From an uncultured Aquirufa sp. (GTDB taxonomy: Bacteria > Bacteroidota > Bacteroidia > Cytophagales > Spirosomataceae), in assembly GCA_964618445.1 (NCBI GenBank), contig CAZUAZ010000001.1, forward strand, positions 3,577 through 67,576: DNA of 64,000 nt, written 5' to 3'. The notes beneath the pieces are model-generated. The model saw nothing but the letters and a program-made list of their open reading frames with translations. It did not search any database and was not told the origin of the DNA. The position numbers and the translations under genes are program-made. Every line of letters starts with the position of its first letter. Positions within the stretch are counted from its first letter, which is position 1. Shown one piece after another: positions 10,404-19,897 of the stretch.

Positions 10404-10556
10404 ATGGCAAAGAAAGTAGTTGCAACACTAAAGAAAGAAGGAGGCGTTAAGTACGCTAAGATCATCAAGGCGGTTAAAAACCCTACGACAGGTGCGTATA
10501 CCTTTAAAGAAGAGATTATTCTTCAGGATGAGGTTAATGCAGCGTTGAAAAACTAA
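10404..10556 (+). CDS. DUF4295-family small protein (50 aa, not in ORF track)
   Basis: Read directly as MAKKVVATLKKEGGVKYAKIIKAVKNPTTGAYTFKEEIILQDEVNAALKN. Sits in the usual Bacteroidota rpmG-DUF4295-ftsY order. Confidence 0.88.
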   Translation: MAKKVVATLKKEGGVKYAKIIKAVKNPTTGAYTFKEEIILQDEVNAALKN

Positions 10557-10590
10557 TTTTTCGTCGGCACATTTTTAGCCAGCATATTTG

Positions 10591-10618
10591 AAGTCCCTTC
10601 ATCAGGGACTTTTTTTTA
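10591..10618 (+). terminator. Intrinsic terminator
   Basis: AAGTCCCT-TCATC-AGGGACTT followed by a T-run. Confidence 0.8.
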
Positions 10619-10650
10619 TTACCTTCACCTCATAAAATACGCAAAAGCGG

Positions 10651-11631
10651 ATGGGATTATTTGATTTTTTCAAGAAGAAGCCGGCTCCTGAGGAGCAAGC
10701 AGACCTCGAGCAGGCCTTAGATAAAGGTTTGGAAAAGACCAAGGAAGGCTTAATTTCTAAGATGGGTCGTGCGGTTTTGGGAAAATCCAAAGTTGACGAT
10801 GCTGTATTAGATGAGCTGGAAGAAATCTTATTAACATCGGATGTTGGCGTAGCCACCACACTAAAAATCATTGAGCGCATTGAGCGTCGTGTGGAACGCG
10901 ATAAGTTTGTTTCTACAGAAGAATTAGATCAAGTATTACGGGAGGAGGTTGCGGCGTTATTGGATGAGAATAAATCATACGACATTGAAAATGCGTTTGC
11001 AGAACCTAACCAAAAACCTTATGTCATCATGGTCGTAGGTGTTAATGGGGTTGGAAAAACGACGACCATTGGAAAATTGGCCTCCCAGTTTCACCAAAAT
11101 GGATTAAAGGTTGTTCTAGGAGCGGCGGACACGTTTCGTGCAGCAGCAGTGGATCAATTGAAACTTTGGGGAGAGCGCGTGGGAATACCGGTCATTGATC
11201 ATGGAATGAATACCGATCCGGCAGCGGTGGCTTATGATGCGGTGAAACAAGCTGTGGATATGCAGGCTGATATTGTAATCATTGATACGGCGGGTAGATT
11301 ACACACCAAAGTCAACTTGATGACTGAGCTAGGAAAAATCAAACGTGTCATTCAGAAATTCATTCCTGAGGCTCCGCATGAAGTATTACTTGTTCTGGAT
11401 GGATCTACAGGCCAAAATGCCTTCATTCAGGCACAAGAATTCACGAAAGTTACTGAGATTACGGCACTCGCAATTACCAAATTAGATGGAACTGCGAAGG
11501 GCGGTGTGGTGATTGGAATTTCGGATCAATTCAAAATTCCAGTTAAATACATTGGGGTTGGCGAAAAAGTATCTGACTTGCAAGTATTTAATAAAACCGC
11601 TTTTGTCGATTCCCTTTTCGCCAAAAAATAA
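10651..11631 (+). CDS. ftsY: Signal recognition particle receptor FtsY
   Basis: GVNGVGKTTTIGKLA, DTFRAAA, DTAGR and TKLDGTAKGG motifs. Confidence 0.97.
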   Translation: MGLFDFFKKKPAPEEQADLEQALDKGLEKTKEGLISKMGRAVLGKSKVDDAVLDELEEILLTSDVGVATTLKIIERIERRVERDKFVSTEELDQVLREEVAALLDENKSYDIENAFAEPNQKPYVIMVVGVNGVGKTTTIGKLASQFHQNGLKVVLGAADTFRAAAVDQLKLWGERVGIPVIDHGMNTDPAAVAYDAVKQAVDMQADIVIIDTAGRLHTKVNLMTELGKIKRVIQKFIPEAPHEVLLVLDGSTGQNAFIQAQEFTKVTEITALAITKLDGTAKGGVVIGISDQFKIPVKYIGVGEKVSDLQVFNKTAFVDSLFAKK

Positions 11632-13302
11632 CTACTTCTTTTGTTCTTTTGCCCAAGTATCTTTTAAAGATACGGTTCGATTAAATACTAAATGATCTGG
11701 CTTTGAGTCTTTATCGAGGCAGAAATATCCTTTACGAATAAACTGAACGGCCTTTTCAACTTTTGCTTCTTTTAGGCTTGGTTCCACGAAAACGTGGGTA
11801 ATCACTTCGAGAGATTCAGGATTAATGAATTTTGTAAAATCATCCCCCAACTCACCCGCATCCTCCACGATAAGCAAACGGTCAAACAAGCGAACTTCTG
11901 CTTGAATTGCATGTGGTATTGATACCCAATGAATCGTGCCTTTCACTTGAATACCGGATGTGTCTTGGCCCGACTTGGACTCGGGAATGTAAGTTGCGTG
12001 AATCTCTTTGATAGTACCATCGGTATTTAATTCAAACGCATCACAAGTAATGATGTATGCTCCTTTTAAACGCACTTGTAGGCCAGGGCCCAATCGGAAA
12101 AACTTTTTTGGAGGGTCAATCATGAAATCATCCCGCTCAATGTAAAGTTCTCTGGTAAATGGGACCACACGCTTTCCTGTTTCAGGATCTTCCGGATTAT
12201 TTTCAATCATCAAATCTTCGACTTGACCATCTGGATAATTAGTGATAATTAATTTAACGGGATCCATCACAGCCATGACGCGGTCAGCTGTTTTATTCAA
12301 ATCCTCTCGTATACAGAATTCCAACAAACTGATATCAATCAGGTTATCGCGTTTTGCTACACCGATTCGATCGCAGAAATTACGGATTGACGCAGCGGTA
12401 TAGCCTCGACGGCGCAATCCCGAAATGGTAGGCATGCGTGGATCGTCCCAGCCGCTAACTAATTTTTCATTCACCATTTGCAACAATTTGCGCTTACTCA
12501 TGACGGTATGTGACAGATTTAAGCGCGCAAATTCGTACTGATGGGTTGGGAAAATTTCTAATTTATTGATAAACCAATCATATAGGGGACGGTGCACATC
12601 AAACTCTAGCGTACAAATTGAGTGCGTGATTCCTTCCATCGAGTCACTTTGTCCATGGGCAAAGTCATACATCGGGTAAATGCACCATTGATTGCCAGTC
12701 CGGTGATGAGGCACGTGTCGAATGCGATACATAAGCGGATCCCGCATATGCATATTTGGATGCGACATATCAATTTTTGCTCGAAGTACTTTAGCGCCAT
12801 CAGGAAACTCGCCATTACGCATGGCTTTGAATAGGGCTAAATTTTCTTCGACGGAACGGTCGCGAAATGGACTATTGGTTCCAGCTGTTGTGGGCGTTCC
12901 TTTTAGAGCCGCAATTTCCTCTGCAGAAGAGTCGTCCACATAAGCCAAAGATTTTTCAATTAGGCTAATGGCAAATTGGTAGATTTGTTCGAAATAGTTT
13001 GAAGCATATAATTCATTCTCCCACTGAAATCCCAACCAGGAAACATCATGCTTGATTGAATCAACATATTCTGTTTCCTCAGTCATCGGATTAGTATCAT
13101 CAAAACGTAAGTTCGTACGACCTCCGAAACGTTGGGCCAAGCCAAAATTCAAACAAATACTTTTAGCGTGGCCAATGTGTAAGTACCCATTAGGCTCAGG
13201 CGGGAATCGAGTGAAAATCCCATCAGGATATTTACCAGCTGCCAGATCATCTTGAACAATCTCTTCTAAAAAATTCAACGACTTCGAATGCAACTCTTCC
13301 AT
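11632..13302 (-). CDS. glnS: Glutamine--tRNA ligase
   Basis: [21 protein letters not shown] and GWDDPRMPT motifs. Confidence 0.96.
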   Translation of the reverse strand: MEELHSKSLNFLEEIVQDDLAAGKYPDGIFTRFPPEPNGYLHIGHAKSICLNFGLAQRFGGRTNLRFDDTNPMTEETEYVDSIKHDVSWLGFQWENELYASNYFEQIYQFAISLIEKSLAYVDDSSAEEIAALKGTPTTAGTNSPFRDRSVEENLALFKAMRNGEFPDGAKVLRAKIDMSHPNMHMRDPLMYRIRHVPHHRTGNQWCIYPMYDFAHGQSDSMEGITHSICTLEFDVHRPLYDWFINKLEIFPTHQYEFARLNLSHTVMSKRKLLQMVNEKLVSGWDDPRMPTISGLRRRGYTAASIRNFCDRIGVAKRDNLIDISLLEFCIREDLNKTADRVMAVMDPVKLIITNYPDGQVEDLMIENNPEDPETGKRVVPFTRELYIERDDFMIDPPKKFFRLGPGLQVRLKGAYIITCDAFELNTDGTIKEIHATYIPESKSGQDTSGIQVKGTIHWVSIPHAIQAEVRLFDRLLIVEDAGELGDDFTKFINPESLEVITHVFVEPSLKEAKVEKAVQFIRKGYFCLDKDSKPDHLVFNRTVSLKDTWAKEQKK

Positions 13303-13560
13303 TTAATCAATGATTGTTAAAACTTATAATATGACATCAGAATTTTTGTATTCCAAATAATTGGAATCAGGCTTCAAATTTAAACAATATTTCATGAATG
13401 CCGACAGTCGATTCTGATAAATCCTTGGATGAAAAAAATGGACAAAAAGTGACCTAACGATAAATTTCTTCTGTAAATCAGAAAAAAATTTTTAACTTGT
13501 GGCTTGGAAAATTATAAGTAAAAAAAATCCAAATCATCTACTCAATTATTTCTTACGATA

Positions 13561-15909
13561 ATGACTAAATCTTTTAAAAACAACCTCATTGCAGCCCTTG
13601 TGTTATTGACTAGCGCAGCTGCATTTGGACAGCAAGCACGAATCGACGGTAAGGTTGGCACAGTGACTATTGCTGGTGTTGATCGTTACGCTAGTAAATT
13701 TGTCGCAACAGGTTGTCCTAGCCCATATACCTATGATTGGCGTTTTGAATCAAATAACGGAATTGTATCCGGATTGCAAGATTCATGGGATGTTGCTTAC
13801 GGATCAGGTTCAGGACCCAATGGAATTGTAAATGTACAAACTGTAGTTTTGAATGATCCAGCAAGTGATGGTAAAGATCCTTATTCTTACTTTGTACGAT
13901 GCAAAGATCAAAATGGTGTATTAGGGACTGAAACACGTGTTATAATTCGAATGATTCCACGCGTAAGCAACGTTAAGCCAACTATTTCTGTTCAACGTTT
14001 AGAATGTTCAGATATAGATAATGAAAATTCAGGCACAACGCGATTGCGTGCGGATGGATGCTTCGGACCGACACGTTGGGTGACCCCTAATAATACAGTT
14101 TGGAACGCCGGAGATGAATTTTTAACGCTCAGCGGAAAATTATTTCAAGAGGGTGAATATTCCGCAGAATGTCTATTTGACAATGTAGTAGGTTTAGAGG
14201 GAGTTTATTCTCAAAAAGGAATTAGATCTGTAAGACGCGCAATTGCTGCACCGAATGTCTCTATTTCAGCAGTAGGGCCACCAAATGCCTTTACAAAAGA
14301 AGTTTGTAAAGGAGAGTCGGTTGTCATTAATTCAACCTATGATATCAATAAATATCGCCCATACGTTAATGCTGTTTGGTTAATGGAGGAAGCTGAATCT
14401 AAAGGTCTATATGGTGCAGGGGCTCGTGGAGCTTCGGGCGCAGATACCGAAACTTTAACTGCAAAATTAATTGCCGACAATAGTCGTGGTAAATATTTTA
14501 TCCGATTGACTCCGAAAGATGCGGAATGCCCAACAAAAACATCCAATGAAATCATGTTGTGGTATATTAATTTACCTAAACCATCAATCACAGGAAACGC
14601 CAAATACTGTTTGGATGCTACAACTACTTTAGCAGTTAAAGATTCTGCATTCGTACTGAATCAAGGTTATTTGTACAATCCTTTTGAGCCAGCAAAAAGC
14701 AGACCAACGAGACCAGAAAAATTCAACTGGTTTGTGAATGGTGTTGCTGCTCCTAACTATGGAACAAAACCTACAATTGTGATTGGTAGCAATGTGTCTG
14801 TTTCTGTTAATTATGTTTCAAACTACGGATGTACGTCAGAACAATCAGAATCAGTAGCGGTAACAAATTATGCACGTCCGGTTAAGCCAACAATCAAGGC
14901 ATTGACTCCTACAGGTTTCTGTGAAGACAAACCAATTCAAGCTAGATTAGAATCATCAGATCTTCCAAATGGTCAGCTGACTAAATATTTATGGAGTAAT
15001 GCATTATCAACAAAAATTGCAGATATCACGAGAGCTGGATTCTACACAGTTCGAACGATAGACACTTTAGGTTGTTTCTCATTACCATCTGATACGACTG
15101 AAATCAAAATATTTAAATTACCAGCTGCACCAACGGTTGCGGTAGAAAATGGATTATCTCCAATTTTCTGCCAACGTTCGGATGCAGACTTTAATGTGTT
15201 CAATGCAGTCAATTTGGTTGCTACATCGACAAATACAGTTAACTGGTTCATCAATAAGGCTAATAATTCTGTGTCTACTGGAAAAATATACACAGGAGTA
15301 AGAACATCTGGATCGTATTCAGCCAAAGCAACTGACAGCAATGGGTGTGTATCTCTTTTCTCTAGCGAGATTAAGGTAATCGTTCAAGAAAATCCAGTTT
15401 CACCTAACGCATCCATCGTGAAAGAAGGAGTTTATACCTTAAAGGCATTAAACTTCTTAGCAACAGACGGTGCAGGTAGAGGCGGTGATTACGAGTGGAA
15501 ATTTGGAACAACGTTGTTGAATCCTAAAACATTTATTACCAAAGTAAAAACAGCAGGTGACTACACCGTTAGAAGAAGATACGCATATGTCATCGAAGGT
15601 ACTTCATTAAATTGCTTTACAAGAACTATTAGCTACAACTATGTCTTAGATCCTGAATTCTCTGGTGTTGCGATTTATCCAAATCCAGTAACTGAAGGAA
15701 ACATAGATGTCCAAATCCTTGAGGATTGGTCAAATGCTGAAGTAACAATCTTCGATATGGTGGGACGCATTGTGTTTTCAGGCAAATTGGATAATACGTT
15801 AGGTACAAATAAATTAAATGTTTCTGGCCTAGCAAACGGAATATATATTTTACAAATCAAAGCTACAGGTGATAAGTCATTTGTTGGTAAGGTTATCGTG
15901 AGCAAATAA
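13561..15909 (+). CDS. T9SS type-A CTD surface protein with Cys-containing Ig-like repeats
   Basis: Sec signal peptide, repeated Y.V...D..GC.S units, and C-terminal IYPNP...IFDMVGR...LANGIYILQI..KVIV. Confidence 0.85.
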   Translation: MTKSFKNNLIAALVLLTSAAAFGQQARIDGKVGTVTIAGVDRYASKFVATGCPSPYTYDWRFESNNGIVSGLQDSWDVAYGSGSGPNGIVNVQTVVLNDPASDGKDPYSYFVRCKDQNGVLGTETRVIIRMIPRVSNVKPTISVQRLECSDIDNENSGTTRLRADGCFGPTRWVTPNNTVWNAGDEFLTLSGKLFQEGEYSAECLFDNVVGLEGVYSQKGIRSVRRAIAAPNVSISAVGPPNAFTKEVCKGESVVINSTYDINKYRPYVNAVWLMEEAESKGLYGAGARGASGADTETLTAKLIADNSRGKYFIRLTPKDAECPTKTSNEIMLWYINLPKPSITGNAKYCLDATTTLAVKDSAFVLNQGYLYNPFEPAKSRPTRPEKFNWFVNGVAAPNYGTKPTIVIGSNVSVSVNYVSNYGCTSEQSESVAVTNYARPVKPTIKALTPTGFCEDKPIQARLESSDLPNGQLTKYLWSNALSTKIADITRAGFYTVRTIDTLGCFSLPSDTTEIKIFKLPAAPTVAVENGLSPIFCQRSDADFNVFNAVNLVATSTNTVNWFINKANNSVSTGKIYTGVRTSGSYSAKATDSNGCVSLFSSEIKVIVQENPVSPNASIVKEGVYTLKALNFLATDGAGRGGDYEWKFGTTLLNPKTFITKVKTAGDYTVRRRYAYVIEGTSLNCFTRTISYNYVLDPEFSGVAIYPNPVTEGNIDVQILEDWSNAEVTIFDMVGRIVFSGKLDNTLGTNKLNVSGLANGIYILQIKATGDKSFVGKVIVSK

Positions 15910-15926
15910 ATCAATCTTATTATTCT

Positions 15927-15958
15927 AAAGCCGCTCTCCCAAAAGAGCGGCTTTTTTT
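15927..15958 (+). terminator. Intrinsic terminator
   Basis: AAAGCCGCTCT-CCCAAA-AGAGCGGCTTT followed by a T-run. Confidence 0.85.
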
Positions 15959-16996
15959 ATGATGAAAAAATACATAATTATTTGCTTCATAGGTATCGTA
16001 AGCCATAGCTTTGGTCAATGGGTGCCCGTTGAGATACCCACCAAATCGTCTTTTAGAGCCTTAAAGTCACTAGGTGATGAGATATGGGCAGGTGGTACGC
16101 AAGGTACATTTGGCCATTCATCAGATGCTGGAAAGACCTGGAGATTCATACAAATTCCGGGTGCTGAGAAACTTGATTTCCGAGATCTCGTTATTCTTAA
16201 TAAACAAGAAGTATTACTCATGAGTGCGGGGCTATCTGAAGAAGGGAAAGCGAGTATTTGGCGTACTCAAGATGCTGGCGACAATTGGAAAATAGTATTT
16301 GAAAAGAAGGATCCTGGATTCTTCTTTGATTGTATAAAATGGGATAATAGCCTCCAAGAAGGCTGGCTTTTAGCCGATCCAATCCAACAAAAACTCACCT
16401 TGTTCCAAATAAGAAACAATATTTTCACACTGATTGACACAACAAATACGCCACAACTTCAAACTAAAGAAGCTTTCTTTGCAGCTAGTGGCTCAAGTTT
16501 AAGTATGCAAGGCAATCATTTATTACTTGCAGGCGGTGGTGGCATGTTTGCTCGAATTTACCAAAAACGTAATCAAAAATCAGCGTGGTCTTATACAGAG
16601 ACTAACATTCCAACCGGGGAAGCCAAAGGGTATTTTTCAATTGGTTCAAAAAATAAGAAAACATTATGGGCTGTAGGTGGAGATTACCGAAAGTTAAATG
16701 AAAGTTCCATCCCAATATTGACAACGCAGGATGGTGGGAAAAGCTGGCAGGAATTAAATAATACTCCCCCTTTCTACATGGAAAAGGTGATTTGGGCTAA
16801 ACCATATTGGATTGTATCCGGACCCAGTCAAAGCGCGGCCTATCATGAAAAAAAGAAACAATGGAAAATCTTAGGTCCTAGCTCCTATCACAATATCATA
16901 CAAGTAGGAGAAGAAATCTGGGGAATCGGAGCGAAAGGCCAATTAGGGAAAATCAGCCTTTCGTCGATTGATAAATTATTTCTTGCGGAAAAATAA
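15959..16996 (+). CDS. YCF48/BNR-repeat beta-propeller protein
   Basis: Asp-box repeats SSDAGKTW, TQDAGDNW and TQDGGKSW, plus FAASG and VGGDY. Signal peptide present. Confidence 0.75.
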   Translation: MMKKYIIICFIGIVSHSFGQWVPVEIPTKSSFRALKSLGDEIWAGGTQGTFGHSSDAGKTWRFIQIPGAEKLDFRDLVILNKQEVLLMSAGLSEEGKASIWRTQDAGDNWKIVFEKKDPGFFFDCIKWDNSLQEGWLLADPIQQKLTLFQIRNNIFTLIDTTNTPQLQTKEAFFAASGSSLSMQGNHLLLAGGGGMFARIYQKRNQKSAWSYTETNIPTGEAKGYFSIGSKNKKTLWAVGGDYRKLNESSIPILTTQDGGKSWQELNNTPPFYMEKVIWAKPYWIVSGPSQSAAYHEKKKQWKILGPSSYHNIIQVGEEIWGIGAKGQLGKISLSSIDKLFLAEK

Positions 16997-18298
16997 GGAG
17001 ATGGGAGTACCATCCAATTGAAAATTCTTTCGCATTTGATTCTCTAAATAACGCTCATAACTCTCTTTAATATACTGAGGTAAATTACAGAAGAAAATGA
17101 ACGTTGGGTATGGTGTAGAAACCTGCGTACAATATTTAATTTTAATATATTTCCCTTTCCAAGCTGGTGGCGGATAGCTTTGGATAACGTTCAACATCAC
17201 ATCATTTAATTTTGATGTAGATATTTTTTGTGAACGATTTTCATATACCTGAAGCATCATTTCCAAAACTTGGAAGATACGCTTCTTCTCCATCACAGAT
17301 GTAAATATAACAGGCATATAATTCAATGGAGCCATTCGTTCTTTGATAGCCTTTTCAAGTGCGTTTGCCGTATTGGTATCTTTCGCAACCAAATCCCACT
17401 TGTTTACCATCAAGACAATGCCTTTCTTAGCTTTATCAGCCATGCTGACAATATTCATGTCTTGTGCCTCTAAACCCGTTAATGGGTCAATCGTTGTCGC
17501 ATCAATCAATATGATAGCAATATCACACTCCTCTAATGCCTTAATCGAACGAAGAACCGAATAATACTCAATATTATCATCGATACGCGCCTTGCGACGA
17601 ATACCTGCAGTGTCCGTGATTATAAAATCTTTTCCATAAAGCGTGTAGCGGTTTTGAATCGCATCACGTGTCGTGCCAGCCATATCCGTCACAATCGAAC
17701 GATCACGTCCAAGCAACGCATTTAAAAAGGATGACTTTCCTACATTGGGGCGTCCTAGAATAGCAACACGCGGAACGCCACCTTCCGGATTTTCAATTCC
17801 TTCGTCTTTAAAATGTGAGATCATTACATCCAACATGTCTCCAGTGCCGCTACCACTCTCAGCAGCAATTGGAAAAGGGTCTCCTAAACCTAGCTCATAA
17901 AATTCCGCTGAAGCCATCGCTTTTTCATGCGTATCGGCCTTGTTAGCTACAAGAATGACAGGTTTTTTTGACCGACGTAATACCTTTGCAAAATCCTTAT
18001 CTAAATCAGTTAATCCAGTTTGACAATCTACAACGAACAATAATACCGCAGATTCTTCAATCGCCAATTCGACTTGCTCGCGAATAGCACCTTCAAAAAT
18101 ATCTTCTGAACCATGCACATATCCACCAGTATCAATAACGGAAAAGAATTTTCCGGTCCATTGGCCATACCCATAATGTCGATCGCGCGTGACACCCGAC
18201 ATGTTGTCCATGATTGCTTTTTTCTGTTCAATTAAACGATTGAACAACGTTGATTTTCCCACATTGGGACGGCCTACAATGGCTACAATATTTGACAT
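16976..18298 (-). CDS. der: Ribosome biogenesis GTPase Der (EngA)
   Basis: Two GRPNVGKS G-domains with GVTRD and GTTRD. Confidence 0.97.
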   Translation of the reverse strand: MSNIVAIVGRPNVGKSTLFNRLIEQKKAIMDNMSGVTRDRHYGYGQWTGKFFSVIDTGGYVHGSEDIFEGAIREQVELAIEESAVLLFVVDCQTGLTDLDKDFAKVLRRSKKPVILVANKADTHEKAMASAEFYELGLGDPFPIAAESGSGTGDMLDVMISHFKDEGIENPEGGVPRVAILGRPNVGKSSFLNALLGRDRSIVTDMAGTTRDAIQNRYTLYGKDFIITDTAGIRRKARIDDNIEYYSVLRSIKALEECDIAIILIDATTIDPLTGLEAQDMNIVSMADKAKKGIVLMVNKWDLVAKDTNTANALEKAIKERMAPLNYMPVIFTSVMEKKRIFQVLEMMLQVYENRSQKISTSKLNDVMLNVIQSYPPPAWKGKYIKIKYCTQVSTPYPTFIFFCNLPQYIKESYERYLENQMRKNFQLDGTPISLFFRKK

Positions 18299-18310
18299 TT
18301 GTCTTAAAAA

Positions 18311-19213
18311 TTAATCAGGTGAATACCCGAATGATCGCAATTTATCTGCTTTTGCACGCCAATCTGGCTCAACCTTCACAAATTGCTCTAAAAATACTTT
18401 CTTACCAAAAAACGCTTCTAAGTCGGCCCGTGCTTGAATCCCAACCTTCTTTATGCTCTCCCCTTTATGACCTATAATGATCGCTCTTTGGGAAACACGT
18501 TCCACGTAAATCTCCGTTGCAATTCGCAAAATAGCAGGTTCCTCTTTGAACAAAGTGACCACTACTTCACAGGAATACGGAATTTCCTTTTTGTAATTCA
18601 TCAAAATCTTTTCCCGAATAATCTCAGCCGCAAAAAAACGCTCAGGTTTATCGGTCAATTCATCCTTATCAAAAAACGGAGGATGAACTGGCAAATTTTC
18701 AACAATGTGTTTGAAAATTTGATCTAAATGCACCCCTTCTTGAGCAGAAATGGGCAAAATGGCCCGACCAGGGAAAATCCCTTGCCAGTAATCTAAACAT
18801 ACTTGTAAACGCTCCTGTGTTACTAAATCAATTTTGTTGATTAGTACAACAATAGGCGTCACGGTATGATCTTTCCAATTTGTCAAAAAATCTAAATCTT
18901 CATAGGTATCAAAAACGTCCGTAACATAAAGCACAACATCTGCATCCTCCAAAGAATTCTTCACAAAAGCCATCATCGACTTGTGCAATTCATACTTTGG
19001 CATAAGAACACCAGGTGTGTCAGAATATATGATTTGATACGCATCACCTTCATGCTCACCGTTAAGCATACCAAGGATGCGATGACGCGTAGTTTGCGCT
19101 TTCGAACTCACAATCGAAAGGCGCTCTCCCACGAGTGCATTCATCAACGTACTCTTACCTACGTTGGGCTTTCCAATGATACTTATAAAACCTGCTTTAT
19201 GCTGATGGGCCAT
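18311..19213 (-). CDS. era: GTPase Era
   Basis: GKPNVGKSTL, AQTTR, DTPG, NKID and KH domain IIGHKG. Confidence 0.97.
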   Translation of the reverse strand: MAHQHKAGFISIIGKPNVGKSTLMNALVGERLSIVSSKAQTTRHRILGMLNGEHEGDAYQIIYSDTPGVLMPKYELHKSMMAFVKNSLEDADVVLYVTDVFDTYEDLDFLTNWKDHTVTPIVVLINKIDLVTQERLQVCLDYWQGIFPGRAILPISAQEGVHLDQIFKHIVENLPVHPPFFDKDELTDKPERFFAAEIIREKILMNYKKEIPYSCEVVVTLFKEEPAILRIATEIYVERVSQRAIIIGHKGESIKKVGIQARADLEAFFGKKVFLEQFVKVEPDWRAKADKLRSFGYSPD

Positions 19214-19257
19214 ATAAAAACAAAAATGCCCTTAAGGGAAAAAATTGATTATTTTAG

Positions 19258-19265
19258 CAAAGATA
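19258..19265 (-). promoter_or_regulatory. -7 promoter element for era-der
   Basis: The minus strand reads TATCTTTG. Confidence 0.6.
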
Positions 19266-19311
19266 CTTGTTTTTCACGAAAAAACCCTGCATATTTGCAC
19301 TCCAATTACAT

Positions 19312-19384
<73 letters not shown>

Positions 19385-19425
19385 CTGAGTAAAAAGGTCT
19401 TCAATCGAAGACCTTTTTACATTTT
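19385..19425 (+). repeat. Direct repeat copy 1 (41 bp identical to 19743..19783), containing the terminator
   Basis: CTGAGTAAAAAGGTCTTCAATCGAAGACCTTTTTACATTTT occurs twice, 358 bp apart. Confidence 0.95.
19389..19420. terminator. Bidirectional terminator after tRNA-fMet
   Basis: Perfect 14-bp stem GTAAAAAGGTCTTC-AATC-GAAGACCTTTTTAC. Confidence 0.85.
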
Positions 19426-19446
19426 ACACTAACCACTTTTATAATC

Positions 19447-19689
19447 ATGTATGTATCTTATGCACTTTATTCGGAAAAATTCGATATCCTATATATTGGG
19501 TATACCCAAGATTTAATCAGCAGATTCCACTCCCATAATTCATTGGCAAAGAGTGGATTTACAGTGAAATACAGACCGTGGAAAGTGATTTATGTTGATT
19601 TTTTAAAAACTAAAATAGCGGCTATGCGAAGAGAAAAAGAATTAAAATCGAATAGAGGTAGAATGTTTCTCCGAGATTTAATCAAATAG
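19447..19689 (+). CDS. Small stand-alone GIY-YIG nuclease family protein
   Basis: YALYS...LYIGYT.DL..R...HN...FT.KYRPW...A..RE.ELK pattern. Confidence 0.9.
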   Translation: MYVSYALYSEKFDILYIGYTQDLISRFHSHNSLAKSGFTVKYRPWKVIYVDFLKTKIAAMRREKELKSNRGRMFLRDLIK

Positions 19690-19742
19690 CTCGTGGACTC
19701 ATATCCGTCAGCTGACGGACGTCCGTTCCCGTCTGGCCCCCC
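19687..19742 (+). pseudogene. Degenerate 3' fragment of tRNA-fMet with a palindrome replacing part of the anticodon arm
   Basis: TAGCTCGT-GGACTCATA[TCCGTCAGCTGACGGA]CGTCCGTTCCCGTCTGGCCCCC aligns to tRNA 19331..19380. Confidence 0.85.
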
Positions 19743-19783
19743 CTGAGTAAAAAGGTCTTCAATCGAAGACCTTTTTACATTTT
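19743..19783 (+). repeat. Direct repeat copy 2 with duplicated terminator (19747..19778)
   Basis: 41/41 identical to 19385..19425. Confidence 0.95.
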
Positions 19784-19897
19784 TAGCAACTCTCTGATCC
19801 CATTTGATAAAAAAACAACCGTTAGATAAGTCAATTTACTTTACTTTAAGCCAATTTTATAGGTTTGTAAAGTTTAAAAGTAAAATAGTTCGAACGT

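Larger units (their letters stand above)
19385..19783 (+). mobile_element. Putative tRNA-anchored GIY-YIG mini-element (~358-bp unit)
   Basis: A single nuclease ORF flanked by tRNA-3'/terminator direct repeats, with no integrase. Mobility is inferred. Confidence 0.5.

Noticed and set aside
14972-14981. GTCAGCTGAC, the core of the 16-bp palindrome, inside the T9SS cargo gene
   Set aside because: Only 10 bp, in-frame coding (GQLT), and the flanks do not extend it. Compatible with chance.
19687-19742. Second functional tRNA-Met
   Set aside because: It lacks the 5' acceptor strand and 5' D-stem. The anticodon stem is destroyed and the T-loop is mutated (TTCCCGT).
19385-19783. Two identical hairpin-containing repeats as a mini CRISPR array
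   Set aside because: There are only two copies, the 'spacer' is 317 bp containing an ORF, the repeat is the tRNA terminator, and no cas genes are present.
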